Assembly (NCBI RefSeq): GCF_048593235.1
Contig: NC_133619.1
Location: 649,490,558-649,554,557 of the forward strand
Source: Sminthopsis crassicaudata
Lineage: Eukaryota
Length of the DNA: 64,000 bases
Reading direction: 5' to 3'
The stretch's first letter is position 1. Each line of letters opens with the position of its first letter. A program made the translations under genes and the position numbers. This document shows, in pieces, positions 1 through 8,100 of this stretch. The notes beneath the pieces were generated by a model, which saw only the letters and a program-made list of their open reading frames with translations, was not told the DNA's origin and ran no database searches.

Positions 1-253
1 CCCCAGCCCATCCAGGCTGCTTGAGCCCCGTGGACCCGAGTTCACGTACTGGATGTGTGCCCTTGTTTGTGAGCTCCTCTCCTGGGGGTCAGCCGGCCAG
101 CTAGCCTGGGCCCAGGACTGCCACGTGAGCCTTCAGCTCCCGCTTCCATAAAGCAAGCGGTCTGCTCTCCGCCCAGGCCAGTGTCTTGGGCCCAGTCTGG
201 CTCTGGCCCTCCGCCAATCCTTGCTCTTCCTTCCCTCCCGCGGGGTCCCTCAG

Positions 254-1590
254 GGACCGCCATGGCCCTCAAGCTTCTCTCCAAGGCCTCGACAACGCGC
301 CAAGGTTTCCTGTATGAGTTCTGTGTGGGGCTGACCCTCGGCTCTCACCCCGGCATCGTGGCCACCTACGGGATCGGGCTGGAGACCCAGACCTGCTACG
401 GCTTCCTCTCGGAGCCGGCCCTGCACGGGGACCTCATTGCCCTGATCCAACCCAAGGTAGGTCAGCAGCCTGCAGGCGCAGGGAGACCAGGGGACGCCCA
501 CAGGGGCAGGAGCCTCTGAATCTGGGGGCCTCCTGCCGAGCTCTCAGGGTATCTGGAAAGACTCCCCAAGAGGAGCTCCGGGAAGCCCCGGGAGTCTGGG
601 TGATGACTCCTCAGACAGGATCCTCAGGGGCCTCAGAGAAGGCAGGAAGGAGAAGCTAAGGCTCCCCGGGTCTGCCAAAGGCGTTGGTTCTGAGGAAAGG
701 GGAGGGGGTTCTAGTAAATCAGGGGGGGGGTTAAGAGGAGGTTTGGGTTCCGGGGAGGGGGGGAATCGATGCTCGGCCAGGTCAGCCCAGAGGATCACAG
801 AACTCTAGGACGTTGGGGCCGGGTCATCCATTCCAGTGAGTCCATCTGGGTGGGTGGCAGACGATGGCTGCGAAGCGCTGGGGACAAGTGGGGATTGCTC
901 AGAGGCAGGACAGCCGGGCGGGCCGAGGGCGCTGAGCCCAGGGCTGGGGCCTGCCTCTCTTGCTCCCCACAGAGGGGCCTTCCTGAGGCAGCAGCTCAGC
1001 TCTGTGCGCAGCAGCTCTCCTCGGCCTTGGAGCACGTCCATTCCCGGGGCCTCGTATACCGAGACCTGAAGCCCGAAAACGTGTTGGTCTTTGAGCCGGG
1101 CTGTCGGAGGGTGAAGCTGACCGACTTCGGGCACACCCGGCCCCGGGGGACCCTGCTGCGCCTGGCCGGGCCCCCCATCCCCTACACCGCCCCCGAGCTC
1201 TGCGGCCCCAGCCGCCGGCCTCAAGGGCTGCCCATCCAGCCCTCACTGGACGCCTGGGCCCTGGGGGTCCTTCTGTTCTGTCTCCTCACTGGCTACTTCC
1301 CCTGGGACCAACCGCTAGCTGGGGAGGACCCCTTCTACCAGGACTTCCTGGACTGGAGAGCCTCCGGGAGGGCCTGTGACCGCCCCGCCCCTTGGGCCGC
1401 TCTGAGCCCCGTGGCCGACCGGCTGCTGGGGCTGCTGCTTGACCCTCGGCCCCGGCTCAGGGGCCCCGTGGGCTCCGTCCGGGCCTTTCTGGGCCAGTGC
1501 TGGCAGGAGAGGGCCGGGAGCCCACAGCTGGCCAGGAAGAGGGAAGAGAGGGAGGGGGAGGAGGGGGAGCAGGAGGAGGGGGCCGAGTGA
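254..1590 (+). CDS. SBK2: SH3-domain binding kinase family member 2 (Ser/Thr kinase), last two coding exons; 5' exon(s) lie upstream of the window
   Basis: Exon 254-456 (cag| acceptor, |gtag donor) encodes GTAMALKLLSK...GFLYEFCVGLTLG...IQPK. Exon 973-1590 (cacag| acceptor, TGA 1588-1590) encodes RGLPE...VYRDLKPEN...KLTDFGHTRPRGTLLRLAGPPIPYTAPE...DAWALGVLLFCLLTGYFPWD. The exons join in frame, and the motifs match recalled human SBK2 closely. Confidence 0.93.
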
Positions 1591-1753
1591 GGGAGGCTAG
1601 GAAGCAGCCCCAAAGAGGCCCGGTCCCCTCTGCACTCTTCCTCAGTTTCCCTCTGCTGCTCGCTCGCTGCCCTGTCTGGCCTTCTCCTCCTGTTCCCTTC
1701 TGTTTTCGGACTGCCTTTCTTTCTCCTGGGTCTGGATCTGGCCTCCTGTCTCC

Positions 1754-1759
1754 AATAAA
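1754..1759 (+). terminator. polyadenylation signal of SBK2
   Basis: AATAAA 164 nt after the stop codon, followed by GT/T-rich sequence. Confidence 0.75.
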
Positions 1760-1809
1760 GCCTCGCCATACCTGTGGTTGCTGTCCTGTCTGAGCAGGTG
1801 GTCCTGGGG

Positions 1810-2564
1810 TGGGGGTGTGAGTGATTGTATGTGTGATTGTCAGTGAGTGTTGTGATTGTGAGAGTGATTGTGTGTGTCTGTGATTGTACATCAGTATGTT
1901 GTGTCATTGTGTGTATGAATGATTGTGTGTTTGTGATTGTGATATTATGTGTTAGTGTGAAAGATTGTGTGTGTGTTGTGTGTCTGTATGTCCGTGTGTC
2001 TGTGTGATTGTGTGTCTGTGATTGTGAGTGTGTGTGAGTGATTATGTGTTAGTGTGAGTGATGTGTGTTGTGTCATTGTGTGTATAATTGTGTCTGTGTG
2101 ATTGTGTTTGTGTGTCTGTGATTTTGTGTTAGTGTGATTGTGAGTGTGTGTGATGTGTGTGTGTGTGAATGTGTGTGTGATTGTGTGTGAGTGATTGTGA
2201 GTGTGTGTGATTGTGAGTTAGTATGAGTGATTGTGAGTATGTGTCTGTGAGTGATTGTGAGTGTCTGTGTGATTGTGTGGGTCTGCCATTGTGAGTTAGT
2301 GTGATTGTGAGTGTGTGAGTGCTAGTGTGAGTGGTTGTGAGTGTGTGTGTATGATTGTGTCTGTGTGGTTGTGTGTTAGTGTGAGTGATGTGTGTGTTGT
2401 GCCATTGTGTGTATAATTGTGAGTGTCTGTGAGTGTGTCTCTGTGATTGTGAGTGTGTGTGATTGAGTGTGATTGTGTGGGTCTGATTGTGAGTTAGTGT
2501 GAGTGTGTGTCCCTGAGTGTTTGTGTTTGTGTCTGTGAGTGATTGTGTCTGTGATTGTGAGTGT

Positions 2565-2609
<45 letters not shown>

Positions 2610-2610
2610 C
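1810..2610. repeat. degenerate (TG)n / GTGATT low-complexity tract
   Basis: About 800 bp of tgtg/gattgtg repeats ending in a perfect (TG)n at ~2575-2607. Confidence 0.95.
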
Positions 2611-4552
2611 CAGCACGTGGGCCCCTAGCTGGGGGGTGGGGCAGCCTCTCACCACCTGGGGCCCTGGCTCCTTCCCAGCCGGCCCTGCCCACAAACACTC
2701 CCTCTTCCTCTCCCGCCACTGTGCCCGGCTCCCTGCCCAGCCGGCCTGGCATCTGTGCCCTCTCGGTGCCTGCTTCCTGGCCTGGGAGGATGGCCCCCAC
2801 GGGCTCCTGGGCCCCCAGCCCCCTGTGAGCTGGCGGGAGGAAGGGGCCCCGGGGCCGCCTCCAGCTCGCACCAGAGCCTGAAATAGCCCGGCGATTAGAC
2901 GGGGAATGCTCTCCCAGTGAAGTGCAGAAGTGGGGGTGGCGCTGGGCGCGGGAGCAGAGGCTTGGGGGAGCCGGCCCTCCCCGGCGTTAATTGCTGCCAG
3001 GTGCTAGAGATTAACAGGCAGCGATAATGAGCCTGAGAAGAGGCAGCTGCTGGGGAGCCGGCCGCCCTCTCAGGGGTCTGTGGGAGGCTCGCCAAGCTGT
3101 GCCAGCTTGGGGCCCGGCACCCTGTGACGGGCTCCCCCCAACATCCTGAGGACTGCCTGGCACTCCTCCCTGGGACCCAGCAGGGGCCACGGGGGTCTGG
3201 GAGAGCCCCCCGAGCCTGGAGGCCCTGTGGTGACTCTTGGGGAACATCTGGCCACCCTGAGCCTGTCTGACCCAGAGGAATAACCTGGCCAAGGTCACAC
3301 TGCGACTGAGGTCAGCCTCAAATTGAGGCCCCGGCGGCGGCCCTGCCATCTCGGTTGGGAGGGGGGCCGTGCCAGGAGAGCAGGGCTTCTCGGAGGAAGG
3401 AGGCCCCGGTGGGTGACCTTGGAGGAGCTCTGGGCCTCAGTTTCCCCTTGGTGCTCCAGAGGCTCCGCTAGCCAAGACCCTTCTAGTCCTGGGGTCAAGG
3501 CCTCAGATCCTGCAGGGGGGCTCCTCTCTCTCCTAGCAATGGGGTCCATGGAGGAAACTGGTGGGGGGCCTTGACCGCTCCTTCAGAGGGTCTCTGGGCA
3601 GGCCCGGCGTAGGTCAGCAGGGGGCTGAGCCCTGCCGGCTTCTGGCTTCTGGCCCTTGGGCCAGATGTTCCAGCTTAAAGGCCAGCTGGGATAGGATAAC
3701 TGGGTAATTAAGCACACACTTAGGGGCCAGGGAGTAGGCAGGGTGCCCAGAGGCGGGCTGTCCCTTGGCCCAGAGGCTTCTCCATTCCGGGAGGGGGGTG
3801 AGGGTCCTCAGCCTCCCACCCTGCCTCCCACGTGCAGCAGGACTCCCCCCGCCCAGGATTTGGGGCCCTGCTCTTTGGGGGTCCTGCAAGTGGGTGACAG
3901 GGAGAGGGGCTGCAGACCTGGGAGTAGGCCTGGCCTGGAGCTCTGGGGGAGGCCTGGACCCAGGTGTCCTGTCCCCCAGCCTCCCCTGACCTGGTAGGGT
4001 GGGCACCTCGCCCCGGACGGCCCCTCCCAGGGGCCCAGTCAGAAGTTATTTACGTCGCCGGCTTACCGGGTGAGGGGAAGCTGAGATTCCCGGCGTGCTC
4101 GGAGAGCTCCCAAGCAGTTGGCCGGAGCCCGTCAGCCCGCCAGGACCCCCAGACCCTCCCCCTCGTCCACTGCCCCCCCCACCCCCAGTAACTGGACCCT
4201 CCTGGCCTTTCCCTGCCCAGGCTTAGGGGCGGTGAGAAGGCCTGACCTTCCCTGGCCCTGCCGCCGGCCGCCAGGAACGCTTTGTCCCTTTCTCTGCCTG
4301 AGGGAGGAAATGCAAGGCTGGCCAAAGGTGGTGGGGGCACCCAGAGATCTTCGAGGCTGAGCCTCCCATCTCGGGGGATTCCCCGGGGGGAGGCCCAAGG
4401 TCACCCAGCGGGAGCACCCAGGCGGAGCTGGGTCTCAGGGGCTGAGGAACCCCAAGGAATCTGTGGAGAGCCGGGCCCTGCCTGCTCCGGAGGATCATGG
4501 GCAACTGGAACCCTTCTCCAAGGAGAATTCTGCCAGACCCTGCTCCCTCTCC

Positions 4553-4822
4553 ACCCGGGCAGGAGGGGGCAGTATCACAGAGCACCCGGGCAGGAGGGGG
4601 CAGTATCACAGGGCACCCGGGCAGGAGGGGGCAGTATCACAGGGCACCCGGGCAGGAGGGGGCAGTATCACAGGGTACCCGGGCAGGAGGGGGCAGTATC
4701 ACAGGGTACCCGGGCAGGAGGGGGCAGTGTCACAGGGCACCCGGGCAGGAGGGGGCAGTATCACAGAGCACCCGGGCAGGAGGGGGCAGTATCACAGGGC
4801 ACCCGGGCAGGAGGGGGCAGTG
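4553..4822. repeat. 31-bp minisatellite, about 8.7 copies
   Basis: Unit cacccgggcaggagggggcagtatcacag(a/g)g. The 31-aa periodicity of the overlapping ORFs confirms the unit length. Confidence 0.95.
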
Positions 4823-5126
4823 GTGAGCCGCTGCGGTCCCTCCCAGCTGGACGCCTCCTTCCTTGTCCCCCACAGGCTCACCCCCTCCCTCGGTGCCCCA
4901 TGCAGACCCCCAGTTGCCTTTCACTCCCTTCCTCCCCCTTGTCCCCCGAGCGCCGGGCCCAGGCTCCTGCTCTCCTCCCTTTCTCTCTGCTAAGTATCAG
5001 CCCAAACCTGGGCGCGCAGTAGGTGCTCAGGAAATGGACTCAATTAAAGCAGCACAGGCATGGGGCTCAGGAGGCTTTGTTGGCTGGGGGTGGGGGCCCC
5101 TGTGTCCGTGGGCAGCCTTGGCCCGC

Positions 5127-8100
5127 TCACACGTCGCCTCTTCTCGGTCTTTCCTCCTCCTCCTGGAGTCCGGGGGCCGGGGGGGCCCGGGAGGCCTCCA
5201 CCAGCCCTCGCAGGGTCTGGCCCAGATCCCCCAGGCCTCTGATGGCCTCCACCAGCTGCCCCAGCTCCAGGCCCGCGGCCCTTCTCTCATCGCGGTTCTG
5301 CTGGACCGCCTGGGTCAGAATCCGCAGCTGCTTCCCCACGTCCCTCACGGCGTCGACCAGCTCCCGCAGGGCGGGCGGCTCGCAGGCCATGACTCGAAGG
5401 ACGGTCGGGGCGGCGGCCCCCACGCACTGGCCCGTCTCCACGTCCCGGGGGGCTGGAGGACCATCCGAGACCCCCCCAGAGCCAGCTGTTGGGGGATGCT
5501 TGGGGATGGCCTGGTTGGGGCTGGGCTCCGGTGTTGGGGCAGGGACGGGACCGGGGTTAACGGTGGGCACCGTGGCCACAGTGATGCTCGAGTCCCCGGC
5601 AATGGGGTCGGGGGTCGGGGGAGGCGCGGGGCTCCTGGATGGAGCTTCTGAAGGCTCAGGGCTGGAGCCGGGGGCAGGGTGAGGACCTCTGGCCATCTCT
5701 GAGGGGGGTGGGGAGGCTTGGAGGGGACCAGCTGGACCCTTGCCAAGGGCTGGGGGGGGCTGTGTGCTGCCAAGAGGCTCAACTGGGGGCCCTGAGGAGG
5801 ACTGCAGGGGCACCAACTCTGAGGCCGTCCCTGAGCTGGCAGAGGGCACTCTGGCTTGCTGGGAGGTGGGGCTGAGCTCTAGGGCCTCTTCTGTCCAAGA
5901 GGGCACATGCAGGGTCCGCCTGTGGGCACTGGTCATCTCTGGGCTTAGAGAAGGGCCAAGCACCAGTTTAGTTTGGGTGGGATTAAAGGTGGGGGTCAGC
6001 TGCGAGGGTTGAGAGGTCAGCACTGGGGCGGAGGTGGGGTCAGAAGGCTTCTGCAGGGACAAGTCAGAGGTCAGGTGGGAGATAGAATCAGGAGTGAATT
6101 GTGGTGCAGTGGAGGGAAGAGTTAACAGTGGGCTAAAATCAGAGGTCAGGTCTGGGAAAGAGTCAGGGGTCAGCTGTGGGCTAGAGTCAGAGGTCAGGTC
6201 TAGGGGAGATTCAGGGGTCAGCTGTGGGCTAGGGTCAGAGGTCAGGTCTAGGGGAGATTCAGGGGTCAGCTGTGGGCTAGGGTCAGAGGTCAGGTCTAGG
6301 GGAGAGTTAGGAGTCAGCTGTAGGCTAGGATCAGAGGTCAGGTCTAGGGGAGAGTGAGGGGTCAACTGTGGGCTAAGGTCAGAGGTCAGGTCTAAGGGAG
6401 AGCTAGAGGTCAGCTGTGGGCTAGGGTCAGAGGTCAGGTCTAGGGGAGAGTTAGGGGTCAGCCGTGGGCTAGGGTCAGAGGTCAGGTCTAGGGGAGAGTT
6501 AGGGGTCAGCCGTGGGCTAGGATCAGAGGTCGGTCGTGAGAGGGACTCAATGGTCAGTTGTCGGTTGGTATCAGATGTCATTTGTGGGGCCACATCAGGT
6601 ATTAGCTGTGGGGCAGAGGAAGAGGTGAGCTCTGGGATAAAGTCAGGACTCCCCTGTGGGCCGGGATCAGCAATTAGCTGGTCAGGTTTGGAGGTCACCG
6701 CCGACATTGGGGAGGAGTCGGAGGTCAGCGGTGAGCTGGGGTCAGAGGTCAGTTCTAGGACAACATCTGAAGTCAGTCTGTGGCTGACATCAGAGATCAG
6801 CCGTGGGTTGGGCTCAAGGGTCAACTGTAGGTCAGGGTCAGTGGTTAGCTGTGGGCTGGGGTCAGAGATCAGCTGTTTGTCTAAATCAGGGCTCAGACGG
6901 GGACTGGGGTCAGTGGTCAGAGACAGTCTGAGATCGGGGGTCAAATGTGTGCTAGATTCAGGGGTCAGCTGTGGACTGGGGTGCGTGGTCAGCTGAAGAT
7001 CTGGGCCGGGGGTCTCCTCGGGGGCCACTGGGCGCGAGCGACCCTGGAAATCTGGGGAGAGCAAGCAGAAAGGGGCAGGGTCACTCTGAGGGAGGCCCAT
7101 TGGACAGAGGCCACGATGACATCATCAGTTGCTGGGCAGACTTGAGTCTTTCAGCAGGGGTGAGACTGCAGGAAGGCTCCAGGACGCCCTCTGGTGTCCA
7201 TCCCCGGCGGGCTCGTGGTGCATCCGGGGGGGGGGGGGGGGGGGGGGGGAGGAGGGGGCCGGGGACAAATGGCGCGGGCCGGAGACTCCGCCGCCCTCCC
7301 CGGCCTCCCCTCAGCGTTTGGTGCCATTCTTTGGGCGCTCCCTTTTCTCTCCTCCTGCGCCGGCCCCCGCCCCTCCCCAGGGGCCCCATGGAGCCCCGAC
7401 CTCCCGAGCAGGTCTCGGGCGGCCGCCCCAGCTCTGGTCCCAAAGCCAGAGGCCCCCACTGCGGAGCTGGGCTCGCCTCCGTCCCCATTCCAGCCTTGCA
7501 CAGCGGGGCGCTCGCTCCTCCGGGCCCCTCTTCTCTCCGGGGCCCCTCGGTCCTGCGCCCGCTGCTGCCTCCGCCTCCCAGGGCCTTCCCGAGGCTCCCC
7601 GCCCCTCCTCCAGGCGGTCACTACAAGGAGCCCGAAAAGCGGAGGCCCCAGGGCCCCCCTTTGCCCCCGGGAGCAAGGCTACAATCCCTTCACCCCGCGC
7701 TTCCCTTTCTGGGCCTCTTGCGCCTGGCGTGCGCCCCCCCTCATGGCTCCAGGGCCCCTCCGGGGTGTCCCCGAGACTAGAACCCTGGCCGGAAGAGCGC
7801 CCTCCGTGTGCGTGCGCAAGCTCCTGGACCCCGCGCAGCTCGCCGCCCTGGGCACGCGGCACGCGCCGGCGCACAGTAGGTGCCTAAAAGTTGCCAGCCG
7901 AGGCCAGGCTGCGGCCGAGCCCGGAAAATGACGGAGCGCCCGAGGGCCTGCAAGAGAGGCGGCCGCAGGGCAGGGAGGGGCTCGGCTCAGGGGCCGACCT
8001 CGGAGAGCCAGAGAAAGGGAGCGGGAGGGAAGGGGGGTCCCGTTGACCCCGAGACACAGAGAGACCAGGAAGGCAGCCAAGGGAGGGGGCAGAGATGGGA

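Noticed and set aside
7311-7488. WLWD motif on the minus strand as a candidate second PWxWD exon of SSC5D
   Set aside because: The sequence upstream of the nearest AG is purine-rich with no polypyrimidine tract, there is no suitable donor, and the flanking residues do not resemble the linker exon.
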